NCBI GenBank assembly: GCA_965224085.1
Contig: CBDCYI010000004.1
Location: forward strand, 1,408,001 to 1,472,000
DNA length: 64,000 bases
Reading direction: 5' to 3'
Source of the DNA: Candidatus Marinacidobacterales bacterium
GTDB taxonomy: Bacteria > Acidobacteriota > Vicinamibacteria > Marinacidobacterales > SMYC01
In this document: in pieces, positions 39,458 to 50,415 of the stretch
How positions within the stretch are numbered: position 1 is the stretch's first letter
Layout of the letters: each line of letters opens with the position of its first letter
Translations under genes and position numbers: made by a program
Notes under the pieces: generated by a model
The model's input: only the letters and a program-made list of their open reading frames with translations
What the model was told of the DNA's origin: nothing
Database searches by the model: none

Positions 39458-40807
39458 ATGTGGAATCGGGCAGTTTGGGCGCTAGCGGTATTGGGACTCT
39501 CGGGGCGCGCCGTTGCGGAGGATTGGCCGAATTGGCGCGGTCCCGACGGCAACGGCGTGAGCCCCGAGCGAGGCTTGCCGCTTGCCTGGAGTGAAAACGA
39601 GAACATCGCTTGGAAGGCTCGGCTCGGTGGGATGGGCCTCTCCTCTCCGATCATCTCCGGCGATACGATCCTGGTGACCTCGCAGGCGGGACGCGGAGTC
39701 GTCCGTGGCGGCAACCACCCGACCCTGGGAGGCGGCGGCGACGCGCCCGTGGAGCGTTCGATTGGCGGGGCAGCCGGCGATGAAGTGTTTTTTCTCGTCG
39801 AAGCCTATCAGCGCTCCGATGGAAAAAGACGGTGGCAGCATCGCCTTCCTGCGACCGCGGAGCTCCCTTCCGTGCATCGCAAGACCAACCTCGCCAACCC
39901 GAGCCCGGTCACGGATTCTGAGCACGTCTATGCGTGGTTCGGCACTGGCCAAATCGTGGCCCTCGATATGGAAGGGAAGCTCGTCTGGGAAAGGCACCTC
40001 GGTGAGGACTATGGCCCTTTCGAGATCACTTGGGGCCATTCGAGCTCGCCGACGATTTATGGTGATTCGCTCATTCTACTGTGCGACCACGTACCGGCGT
40101 CCTACCTCCTCGCGCTCGACAAACGTACGGGAAAGGAGCTTTGGAAAGCGAACCGAGGTGAAGGGCTCCGCTCCTACAGCACGCCTACGGTCGTTCCCGG
40201 GCCGGAAGGCGACGAGCTGGTGGTCAACTCGAGCGAGCGGATCGAAGGCTACGATCCGAAGACGGGCGAGCGCCTCTGGTATTACGTCGAGCCGAACCGT
40301 TTTCCGATTACGGTCCCGTCTTTCTCCTATTCCGACGGTATTATCTATACGAGCCGCGGCTATCGAAGCGGTCCGTATATGGCGATCCGGCCCGGGGGAC
40401 GCGGCGACATCGCGGGCACCGAGCATCTTGTTTGGCATGTCCCGACCGGTGCGCCTTATGTCTCCTCGGTCGTGCACTACGGTGGCGTGGTCTACTTCGC
40501 GAGCGACGCAGGTGTTCTTCAAGCCGCCGATGCCAAGACCGGCAAGCGGTTGTTTCAAGGACGTACTGGCGGTGTTTTCTCGGCAGCCCCTATCGCGGGC
40601 GACGGCAAAGTCTACTTCGTGAGCGAGACAGGCGAGACCATCGTGCTGCGGGCGTCGCGCGACTTCGAGATTCTCGCGCGTAACAAGTTGGATGCGCGCT
40701 TCCTCGCGTCTCCGGTCGTGTCGAAGAGACAGATCTTTCTTCGGAGCGACGACGAGCTGATTTGTGTGGGTACGCCGTCCGATGCGGAGACGTCCGGCGC
40801 CCGATGA
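39458..40807 (+). CDS. PQQ-binding-like (BamB-type) beta-propeller protein, exported
   Basis: EDWPNWRGP, SSP repeats, TGKELW motifs; GGAGG RBS. Confidence 0.88.
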   Translation: MWNRAVWALAVLGLSGRAVAEDWPNWRGPDGNGVSPERGLPLAWSENENIAWKARLGGMGLSSPIISGDTILVTSQAGRGVVRGGNHPTLGGGGDAPVERSIGGAAGDEVFFLVEAYQRSDGKRRWQHRLPATAELPSVHRKTNLANPSPVTDSEHVYAWFGTGQIVALDMEGKLVWERHLGEDYGPFEITWGHSSSPTIYGDSLILLCDHVPASYLLALDKRTGKELWKANRGEGLRSYSTPTVVPGPEGDELVVNSSERIEGYDPKTGERLWYYVEPNRFPITVPSFSYSDGIIYTSRGYRSGPYMAIRPGGRGDIAGTEHLVWHVPTGAPYVSSVVHYGGVVYFASDAGVLQAADAKTGKRLFQGRTGGVFSAAPIAGDGKVYFVSETGETIVLRASRDFEILARNKLDARFLASPVVSKRQIFLRSDDELICVGTPSDAETSGAR

Positions 40808-40821
40808 CTGAGCTGCCGACG

Positions 40822-42735
40822 TCAGTTGCTCGAAGCCACCCATCCCGTTTGGAACAAGTAGCGCGTGATGAGATTGTAAATGTGGAGCGTCGTGCCTTCG
40901 CCCTCGCGAATGGCGTGCGATCGGTTGGGGTAGACCATCAGGTCGAACGGCTTTCCGAGCTCGACAAGTCGGTTCACGAGACGTTCCGTTCCTTGATAGT
41001 GCACGTTGTCGTCACCGGTGCCATGGATGAGGAGGAGCTTTCCCTCGAGGCCTTCCGCGAAGTTGATCGGTGAACCGACGCGGTAGCCTTCCGTGTTCTC
41101 TTGCGGCAAGCCCATATAGCGTTCCTGATAGATCGTATCGTAAAGTGTTTGATCGGGCACCGGGGCGACCGAGACACCCACACAGAAAATATCGGGGAAG
41201 CGGAACATGGCGTTCAACGTGTTCGACCCTCCACCGCTCCATCCCCAGATGGCGACACGGTCCGCGTCGATATAGGAACGTTCTTTCACGAGCGCTGTGA
41301 CTGCGGCGGCCTGGTCTTTCGACGACAGATCTCCGACGGTCCCATACACGATTTTGCGCCACGCCGAGCCTTTGGGAGCTGGCGTCCCGCGGTTGTCGAA
41401 GCTCGCCACGATGAAGCCGGCATTGGCGAGCGCGCGATGGAACAACGAACGCGCGCCGAACCATCGGTTGAGGACGGTTTGCCCAGCCGGCTCGCCATAG
41501 ACATAGACGAGGAGCGGGTATTTCTTCGTGGCGTCGAAATTGGCGGGCTTCAGCATCCAAGAATCGAGAGCTACGCCTGGCGCGATCTCGAGCTCGAACA
41601 TAGAAACCGGTGGGTCGAGAACACCGTCGAGCGCCTTTTCTAAAGCCGCATTGTCTTCGAGGGTTCTCATGACAGTGTGATCGGGAAGCCGGACGCGATC
41701 GATCCGCGGCGGCTCGTCGAAGCTCGAGAAAGTATGAAACGCCCATCGGCCGTTCGGCGACAAATCGTACGCGTGGGTTCCAGTCGCATTTCGCGGTGTC
41801 AGCCGATCCGGGGGAGCGTCGCCATCGAGGCTCGAGCGAAATAAGTAGCGCTCGGTTGCGCTCTCGGGCGACGCGATGAAGTAGAACCACTCTCCGGCTG
41901 AGTCGAGTCTCAGCGGTTGGATCACGTCGTCCTCGAAACGGGTCAGGAGCCGCTCGTGGCCGCCGTCCCGGGCTACAGCATAGGCATGACGGTAACCGCC
42001 TTTTTCACTTAGCCATACGAGCTCTTCGCCGTCCGCGGTGAAGTCCATGCGCCGGACGACTTCGACCCAAGCGTCGTTGCGATCTTGGTGGATAGGGACG
42101 ACGTCGCCGGTCGTCGCGTCCGAAAGCAGTACGTCGTTCGTGTTCTGAAGGCGGTTCAAATGCTGAAGGACGAGATGATTGTCATCGGCCCACTCCATGC
42201 GAGCCACGTAAGTGTTGCGCGGATCGCCGGGTACTTTCATCCACGCCATCTCTCCGCCCAAAGTACTCACGACCCCAATCCTCACCGCAGAGTTCGTCGT
42301 CCCCGCTTTCGGATAGGGAATGCGCAGCAAGCTCGGGTAGAGCTCGTCAGTGTTATTAATGATAGTGAACTCGCCGATACCTTCGGCGTCAAAGTTCCAA
42401 AAGGCGATGTGCTTGCCGTCGGGGCTCCACCGAAAGCCGTCGCGAAGCCCGAACTCCTCTTCGTAAACCCAGTCGGAAGTGCCAAAAATCGTTGTCGGCG
42501 AGCCGCTTTCGGTCAGCGGTGTGACAGAGCCGGTCGTCAAAGTCTCGACGTACAAGTTGTTGGCCACGACATAGGCGACGCGCGTTCCGTCGGGCGAGAA
42601 CTTGGCGAACATGAGCGATGAGGTCGGAGCGACCCCGCCGAGCTTTCGGAGAACGCCGCTCGCGACGTCCAGGACCCAATAATCGCCGCGCGTGTTCCGC
42701 CGCCAAACACGAACGGTGTTCGTAAACACGAGCAG
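40822..42735 (-). pseudogene. S9B dipeptidyl-peptidase IV, N-terminally truncated and fused in frame to IS200 TnpA
   Basis: DWVYEEE, YPKAG, GWSGGG, DDNVH, RSH triad; lacks signal peptide and first propeller blades. Confidence 0.85.
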
Positions 42736-43225
42736 CCGGATGTACTTTCTTATTCGCTCCTCGTCAAGGCCAACCGTACTCACACAGTACCCCTTCGCCC
42801 AAAAATGCAAGCCCGTCATACGACGTTCTTTCAGCAATTCTCGGTGGATGCGTACCGCATTCTTCCCTTTCAGAAAACCGATCGTGTGAGATACGCTGTA
42901 CTTGGGAGGGATGCTCATACACAGGTGGATGTGGTCCGGTTGCGCGTTGCCTTCTATCAGTTCTACTCCTCTCTGCTCACAAAGCTCTCGAAGAATTCGC
43001 CCCACGCGACGCCGAAGGTCCCCATATAACACCCTTCTACGATACTTGGGGATGATCACCACGTGGTACTTGCATTCCCATCGCACTTGCGACAGGCTTT
43101 TCCATTCGTGCATGCAGGTTCTCCTTTCGGAGGCCCCACAGGGTCTTCCCGGAGGGGGAACCTAGCACACGCCGGATCGCTCGAAGCTCTTCGGGTCACG
43201 CCGCCAGAGGCGGCGGGTTTATTAG
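42736..43225 (-). mobile_element. tnpA: Partial IS200/IS605 element: left end plus TnpA (43113-42736); right end deleted
   Basis: WECKYHVVIIPKYRR, HUH motif PDHIH, FWAKGY..STVG, KYIR (no following QQ); subterminal hairpin CGCCGCC-AGA-GGCGGCG at 43199-43215. Confidence 0.88.
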
Positions 43226-43293
43226 CGGACTAAACGAACGCCTCCGAGATTTCCACAACGTCCCAGGGGTGCGCTTTTTCGCCTACGCGATGA

Positions 43294-44526
<1,233 letters not shown>

Positions 44527-44608
44527 ATCCCTAGTCTAGCGCCAATCGCATCCGAAGTGAGCACTATCAAATGTCACAGCCGTTGGCGTTGCACGTCAGA
44601 TCGCCTCT

Positions 44609-44935
44609 CTAGAAGTCGATGCGTGTGCCCGCGCCTGTTTCGAGTGCTCGCCGGTAGAGAAATTGTGCGGAGGCGAGGTCCTCGACGGCAATTCCGAGGG
44701 ATTTGAAGAGCGTGATCTCATCTAAGGAGTGATAGACGCAGCCGATCTGTGCGGTGACGAAGCATGACAAAAGAGCCGGAATGGAGGGAAGCAGGAAGGA
44801 GAGAAAAATCGCAGGGCCCGTCGAAGCCGCGAGCTCTCCGGGAAGGATGAAAATGGAAGCGCCCACGACATAGCCGACGAGCGTAGCCGCCGCTCCTCCG
44901 AGACCGATGCTGCGCTCGAGCTGTTGGCCTTCCAT
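44609..44935 (-). pseudogene. Chimeric remnant: APC amino-acid permease N-terminus + ornithine cyclodeaminase C-terminus
   Basis: LERSIGL...VVGASIFILPG...TGPA joined at ~44730 to EITLFKSLGIAVEDLASA. Confidence 0.8.
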
Positions 44936-44991
44936 GGGTGCGCATAATACATCGCCCGGAGAGGCGAGAGATTTTGCATTATGATGCGCGC

Positions 44992-46098
44992 GTGCGTTTG
45001 GCTCCACTGATCGGGCTTCTCTTTTTCGCGTCCGCCGTGCATGCGGACGCCCGCGATCGCATCGAGCTCTATACGATCGGCGCCGGCGACGAGCTCTTCA
45101 ACAAGTTCGGGCATGCCGCGATTTGCGTGATGGCGGACGACCTTCCTGCGGGAGGGCACTGCTATAACTACGGCACTTCGGATTTCTCGCGACCGATAGG
45201 CCTGGGCTGGGACGTCGTCGTTGGACGCGCCAAATTCTGGGTGTCCGCTTCCGATGTGTTCTCGATGATCTTTTGGTTCCAAGAGCAGGATCGCACTATC
45301 TACCGGCAGGTGCTGCCACTCTCGGACGAGCACGTCGCAGGCTTCAGGGCGGCCCTCAAGCTCGACGCACTGCCCGAGAATCGAGAGTACATCTACAGCC
45401 ATTTCCTCGACAACTGCTCGACGCGACCGCGGGATTTGATCGACGCGGCCACAGGAGGCGAGCTCCGGAAAACGCTCATCGAGAGCCCGCTTACGTATCG
45501 AGACTACGCACGCGAAGGTTTCGCCGGGGCGCACTGGGCGCTCGTGCCCGCGGGGGACTTGATCCTTGGCCGCTGGGTCGACCAGAAGCTCGGTGCCTTC
45601 GAGGCGATGTTCATCCCGCGCGTGCTCCGCTCGGCTGTCGAAGAGCGTTTCGACGCCCGTCCGGAAGTCGTCTACGCGCGAAAGAAGCCTCTCGACCCCG
45701 GAAGCGTGTCGGGCGCTTACGGGCGCTTCTGGGTCGTCGTTCTCGTGCTCTCCCTCACCGCCTGCGTCTCGCGCAAAGGCGCCGGGCTCGCCGTAGTCAT
45801 CGTCGCCGTCTTCGGAACGTTGATTTGGGTCGGCGCGGTCGTGTCGCCCTGGCCTGAGCTCCGGTGGAATGAGCTCGCGCTCATTTTGTTTCCAGCCGAT
45901 CTCTGGCTCCTCAAGCGAAGCGCGTCGACGAGCTACGCGAAGGCTCGTCTCGCGATGCTGGGCGCCGTCGCAGTCCTCGCTGCAGCCGGCATTTTCGTCC
46001 AACCGCTTTGGCCGTTCTGGGCTCTGGCGACCGCCGTGGTCGGCGCCTGCTGGTGGCACCGCCGAGCGGGTACACTTCTCGCTTCGAACAGGGGGTGA
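44992..46098 (+). CDS. DUF4105 (Lnb N-terminal-like) membrane protein
   Basis: FGHAAI, YNYG, Y.Y.HFLDNCSTR, MFIP; C-terminal TM helices. Confidence 0.8.
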   Translation: MRLAPLIGLLFFASAVHADARDRIELYTIGAGDELFNKFGHAAICVMADDLPAGGHCYNYGTSDFSRPIGLGWDVVVGRAKFWVSASDVFSMIFWFQEQDRTIYRQVLPLSDEHVAGFRAALKLDALPENREYIYSHFLDNCSTRPRDLIDAATGGELRKTLIESPLTYRDYAREGFAGAHWALVPAGDLILGRWVDQKLGAFEAMFIPRVLRSAVEERFDARPEVVYARKKPLDPGSVSGAYGRFWVVVLVLSLTACVSRKGAGLAVVIVAVFGTLIWVGAVVSPWPELRWNELALILFPADLWLLKRSASTSYAKARLAMLGAVAVLAAAGIFVQPLWPFWALATAVVGACWWHRRAGTLLASNRG

Positions 46099-46100
46099 GC

Positions 46101-46499
46101 GATGGATCGTAGAGAGCAGTGAAGTTCACGACGTCATCGTCATCGGCAGCGGGGCCTCTGCCGGGATGGCGGCCTACAACTTGACGCAAAAGGGCCATGT
46201 ACGACACGGCCGAGGAAATCCTTGAAAAAGCCGGCGCCGAAGTCGTTCCCTTCGAACGAGACGCGCAGGACGACCCGGGCTCCGCTATCCACGAGCACAG
46301 CACCTGCCGCATGGGCGCGGATGCGAAGCAGTCGGCTTTGAACGCGTTCAACCGCATGCACGAAGTCGAAAACCTTTTCGTCGTGGACGGCTAAGCCTTC
46401 ACCAACGCTTCGGAGAAGAATCTGACGCTCACGCTCCTCGCGCTCTGTTTGCGGGCGTCGGACTATATCGCCGAGGAGATGCGCGCCGGCAACATATAG
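46101..46499 (+). pseudogene. GMC oxidoreductase remnant (both termini kept, middle deleted)
   Basis: DVIVIGSGASAGMAA joined at ~46195 to HEHSTCRMG...NLFVVDG*AF...NLTLTLLAL; internal TAA at 46392-46394. Confidence 0.85.
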
Positions 46500-46507
46500 A
46501 TTGAGCT

Positions 46508-47374
46508 CTACTTGGCTCTTGCCGCGTAGCCCATGCCTTCATGGAGAAAGCGTGCTCCGAGTATGGCCGTCTGAGACTGAAAATCGCGCGGCGGGCTCAC
46601 CTCCACGACATCCATCCCTATGAGCGTCCAATGTCCACGCCCGAGAAAATCGAGCACTTGCCGCGCGCTCAATCCTCCGGGAACAGGGTGTGATACACCG
46701 GGAGCGTAGGCGGGGTCGATGCCGTCGATATCGATCGTCACGTAGACCGAGGCGCCTTCGGGAATGTGCCGAAGCTCCGGCAGTGGGCCGGGCAGCTCGC
46801 GCGCTTCGTAAATGAAGAGCTTGTCCCTGTAACGGTCGCGTTGCGGATGCTGCGCGGCGCTCATCGTTCGGATGCCGAGCTGTGTCAGGCTTTCCACATG
46901 GCTCATCTCGACGATCCGTGCGCCAGTGCAAGCGTGTGAGCTCGGGTTGCCTTCGAAATCGGGGTAGAGATCTGGGTGGGCGTCCACCTGGATGACATGG
47001 ATGGGTGCCCTAAGCACCTCCGCCGCAGCCACAACAGGGACAGTGATCGCATGATCGCCGCCGGCGACGAAAGGTACTTTACCGCTTTTCCAAAGCTCTT
47101 CTAGCCGGGCTCGATAGACAACTGCACTGGCCTCCCAGTTCTCGCACGGTTTCAAATCGCCCAAGTCGAGGACACTCTCGGCCAAGTCGACACCGTTTTC
47201 CGTCGTCGCGTTGAAGCAGTTGCCGTCGTAAGCCTGACGCATGGCTTCGGGCGCTTCCGCCGGGCCGTGCAGATAGGTGGATTGCGTGTCGTCCGCGATA
47301 CCGAGAAACACCCAAGGCGTTTTCGTCGCGTCACTCTTCGTGAAACAGCCGCCGAAAGGTAAGGGCTTCATCAT
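46508..47374 (-). CDS. Agmatinase / arginase (ureohydrolase) family
   Basis: GGDHAIT, DAHPD, SHA, DIDGIDP, GMDVVE metal motifs. Confidence 0.9.
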   Translation of the reverse strand: MMKPLPFGGCFTKSDATKTPWVFLGIADDTQSTYLHGPAEAPEAMRQAYDGNCFNATTENGVDLAESVLDLGDLKPCENWEASAVVYRARLEELWKSGKVPFVAGGDHAITVPVVAAAEVLRAPIHVIQVDAHPDLYPDFEGNPSSHACTGARIVEMSHVESLTQLGIRTMSAAQHPQRDRYRDKLFIYEARELPGPLPELRHIPEGASVYVTIDIDGIDPAYAPGVSHPVPGGLSARQVLDFLGRGHWTLIGMDVVEVSPPRDFQSQTAILGARFLHEGMGYAARAK

Positions 47375-47449
47375 CGTCGAAACTTGCATGTTATAATAAT
47401 GCTCTTCCGAGGCAACTCTATCTGCCTTTCCGTGGAGGCTTTGCTGCCC

Positions 47450-48488
47450 ATGGCCTATTTCGACCTGAATCCGCTGCTCGTAAGGATGCTCGACGTCGTC
47501 CCCGGTATCTCCGACTTGAATCTCTCTGTAGGGAAACCACCCCAGGTCGAGATCGATGGGAAACTCAAAGGCGTCCCTTACGCGGGAGTCGAGAAGCTCG
47601 TGCCGTACCAGACCGAGATCATCGCGTTGAGGCTCTTGCGAGGTAAGCGGGATTTGATCGAAAGGCTCTTGCGTACGGGCTCCGTGGACCTCTCGTATGC
47701 GATCCCGCAGAAGACGCGGTTTCGCGTTAGTGTCTTCACCCAGCGCGGATCTTACAGTATCGTGCTGAGGGTCATCCCGAACAGGATCCCGACGGTAGAA
47801 GAGCTCGGTATCCCACCTCAGCTGAAAGAGATCACGGAAGAGCGCACCGGCATCGTCCTCGTTACCGGGCCGACGGGGTCGGGCAAATCGACGACGCTTG
47901 CGGCTGTGATCAATAAGATGAACGGGGAAAAACCCATCCATATCATTACGATCGAAGATCCCATCGAGTATCTGTACCCCCGCCATGCAGGCGACCATCA
48001 ACCAGCGCGAGGTTGGCGCCGATACAGAAAGCTTCGCCCTCGCGCTCCGTGCTGCATTGCGGCAAGCGCCGAAAGTGATTCTCGTGGGTGAGATGCGTGA
48101 TGCCGAGACCATCAATACCGCGCTCGAGGCGTCAGAGACGGGCCATCTCGTCTTGTCGACGCTTCACACCATCGATGCGTCCAAGACCATCGACCGCATC
48201 GTTGGTGTCTTTCCCAAGAACGAGGAGCGGCAGATCCGTACGCGCTTCGCGCAATCCTTCCGATGGATCGTGAGCCAACGTCTCGTGCCGAAGATCGGCG
48301 GCGGGCGCGTTGCCGTTTGCGAGATCTTGCGGGGCACGGCTCGCACGCGCGATTACGTGAGGGACGGAGAGAAAGAAGGAAGGAGCCTGCTCGATGCCAT
48401 GGAAGACGGCGCCCTCGACGGCATGCAGAGCTTCGATTCTGAGCTAAACGAACTGTCCGAACTGCTCCAATCGGCTCGTAGTGGATGA
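47450..48488 (+). pseudogene. pilT: PilT/PilU type IV pilus retraction ATPase, frameshifted with replaced C-terminus
   Basis: GPTGSGKS, TIEDPIE, frameshift at ~47980 (C run), then ALRQAP..ILVGEMRD, TGHLVLSTLHT, GMQSFD. Confidence 0.85.
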
Positions 48489-48700
48489 TGCCAAGGTTCC
48501 CGATACCCCGTTCATGCTCAAGTGCCCGAAGTGTCAGGGCACCATCAAACTTCCCGGAAAGGCGGCGGCGGGAGCTTCGTTGCCGCCGCCATCACCACCT
48601 GCTCGCTCGCCTGCGCCAGCCCCTGCCACGCCGCCATCACCACCCGCTCGCTCGCCCGCGCCAGCCCCTGCCACGCGGCCCACTCCCGATGCCGGCTCAA
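48450..48700 (+). pseudogene. MJ0042-type zinc-ribbon protein fragment with Pro-rich linker
   Basis: CPNCSNRLVVDDAKVPDTPFMLKCPKC with no start codon; collides with the truncated ADOP gene. Confidence 0.7.
48586..48675 (+). repeat. 45-bp tandem repeat (PPSPPARSPAPAPAT x2)
   Basis: Units at 48586-48630 and 48631-48675 with two synonymous differences. Confidence 0.9.
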
Positions 48701-49443
48701 TGGGTCCGGACCTTCCGACCGAGAATGTTGTCCTGGGCGCCGAAACGTTGCTGCCAGAGACAGTGGCTCATAACGAGCACGTCCTCCGCACCGGGCCGGT
48801 CGTCTTGTTCCGTGATAGCACGGTCGTGAATGGGAGGCTGGAACAAGTCGAAGAAGCTCGCGGTCACATAAGCCGCGTTCGTACGCTCGGGATCGCCGTC
48901 ACCCGTCATGTTCAGCGCAGCAAGCTCATAGGCCGCGATCCCGTCGAAGGTCCGGTTGTGCTCTCGATAGTGCACGTAGCTTCCGAGCGAGAAGCCGAGC
49001 CGTGGAATGCTGGCTCCCGGCGCCGCATGCCACACGGACACCAAGCGGTCCGAGTCGGGATAGGGGAGCGGGCTGATGACGACGGCGTGCACCACGCTAA
49101 AGATCGCGGTGCTCGCTCCGATGCCGAGTGCGAGCGTCACGACCGCGGCGAGCGCAAACCCTTTTGCGTGAAGCAGTCGACGAACGGCGTAGCGAATGTC
49201 TCGGCCCATGGTGAGCTCTCCTTTTTGCTTTTGGGAAGAAGTCTCTCGGGAGCGGAATCGAAGCAGCAAAGCGCTGCGCGCCAAATCGAAGACCACGTCC
49301 CACCAGAAGCGGAAGGACCCGACACCGCCGCGATATCTCGGGTCGCGTCGTTGATCGTCGAAAAACGCGTAGAGCTCGTCCTCGTGCCGGTCCCGAAACG
49401 TCCTCGGATACGCATTCAAGAGCACGCCGAAGACTTTCTTCAT
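48697..49443 (-). pseudogene. ADOP-family (MacB-like) permease, N-terminal third only
   Basis: YPRTFR N-terminal domain, DIRYAVRRL, TLALGIGASTAIFSVV, PLPYPDSDRLV; stops after 248 aa. Confidence 0.85.
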
Positions 49444-49772
49444 AGCGATTTCAAGGACTTGGCGAAGCGCAAGAGCCCATCGAGATGGGAGAGCTCGCGT
49501 TTCAACGCTCTGCGGCCATCTGCGGACAGCTTGAAGTAGCGCCGGCGGAGTTTTTCAGTGCCGGGGCCGGGCTTGCGCGTCTCCGCTTTCAATAGGCCGG
49601 TTTTCTCGAGGCGCTGCAGCGCAACGTAGAGCGTGCCGGAGCCGAGGCTCACGCGGCCTTTGGTACGCTCTTCGACTGCGAGCTTGATACCGTAGCCGTG
49701 ACGCGCCTCTTGGACGAGGCTAAGCAGAATCTCGGTCTCGACGGGAGTGAGTGTTATATCGACCATCGACAT
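49440..49772 (-). CDS. PadR-family transcriptional regulator
   Basis: HGYGI, GTLYVALQRLE, RRRYFKL; 4-bp overlap with the ADOP gene. Confidence 0.92.
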   Translation of the reverse strand: MSMVDITLTPVETEILLSLVQEARHGYGIKLAVEERTKGRVSLGSGTLYVALQRLEKTGLLKAETRKPGPGTEKLRRRYFKLSADGRRALKRELSHLDGLLRFAKSLKSL

Positions 49773-49776
49773 AGCG

Positions 49777-49813
49777 ACTGTCGACAGTATAACTCGAATC
49801 TCGACGTCGTCAA
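49777..49813 (-). promoter_or_regulatory. Sigma70 promoter with overlapping palindromic operator for padR
   Basis: -35 TTGACG (49808-49813), 16 bp, -10 TATACT (49786-49791); perfect palindrome ACTGTCGACAGT at 49777-49788. Confidence 0.65.
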
Positions 49814-49825
49814 GAGATCTCGAGC

Positions 49826-50386
49826 CTACTCGCGCTCATAGATGCTTTGGATGATCAGAGGCTCGTTGAGCTGCTTGTTCTCGAGGCGAACGGTGAGCTC
49901 GAGCCGCTCGCCATCGCTCGAAAAGACGTACGTCTCGAGGACCTTGGTGTCGTCGGCCTTTTGGTCGATCGTGATGTTTTGGCCCACGCGGGTCGCCACC
50001 GTCTCGACGCGCACGCCGTTTTGAAGCTGCCGCTCGTGCTCCTCGCCGTCGAGATAGTAGATGCGGATGCGGCCGCCGCCGTCATCCACAACGAGCTCGT
50101 CCGGCTCCAGCTCGATATAGAGCTCGTCGGCATACTGCATGAACGTTTCGATCGAACGAGTGACCATTTCGGGAAGTTGGGGCGATTCCGCAACTGCTAT
50201 CCTGGCGCCCCGGCGCTCGCCCGCCTTCGCGAGATAACCTCTGACCGCTCGCTGGATCTTCTCTTCTGGATCATCTCCCTCAGTCGTACTCCGAAACCAC
50301 GTTCCGTCGACGTCCTGTGTCCACGCCGGAGGGGCCAGCGCCAAAAACGCCCCCAACATCAAAGTCAAGAGCGTGAGCAATCGCAT
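49826..50386 (-). CDS. Exported hypothetical protein
   Basis: Signal peptide, GGAGG RBS, upstream TATAAT, DVDGTW start and beta-strand-rich body. Confidence 0.65.
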   Translation of the reverse strand: MRLLTLLTLMLGAFLALAPPAWTQDVDGTWFRSTTEGDDPEEKIQRAVRGYLAKAGERRGARIAVAESPQLPEMVTRSIETFMQYADELYIELEPDELVVDDGGGRIRIYYLDGEEHERQLQNGVRVETVATRVGQNITIDQKADDTKVLETYVFSSDGERLELTVRLENKQLNEPLIIQSIYERE

Positions 50387-50415
50387 GAAGGCCTCCGAGA
50401 CCAGATTATAGTCGG

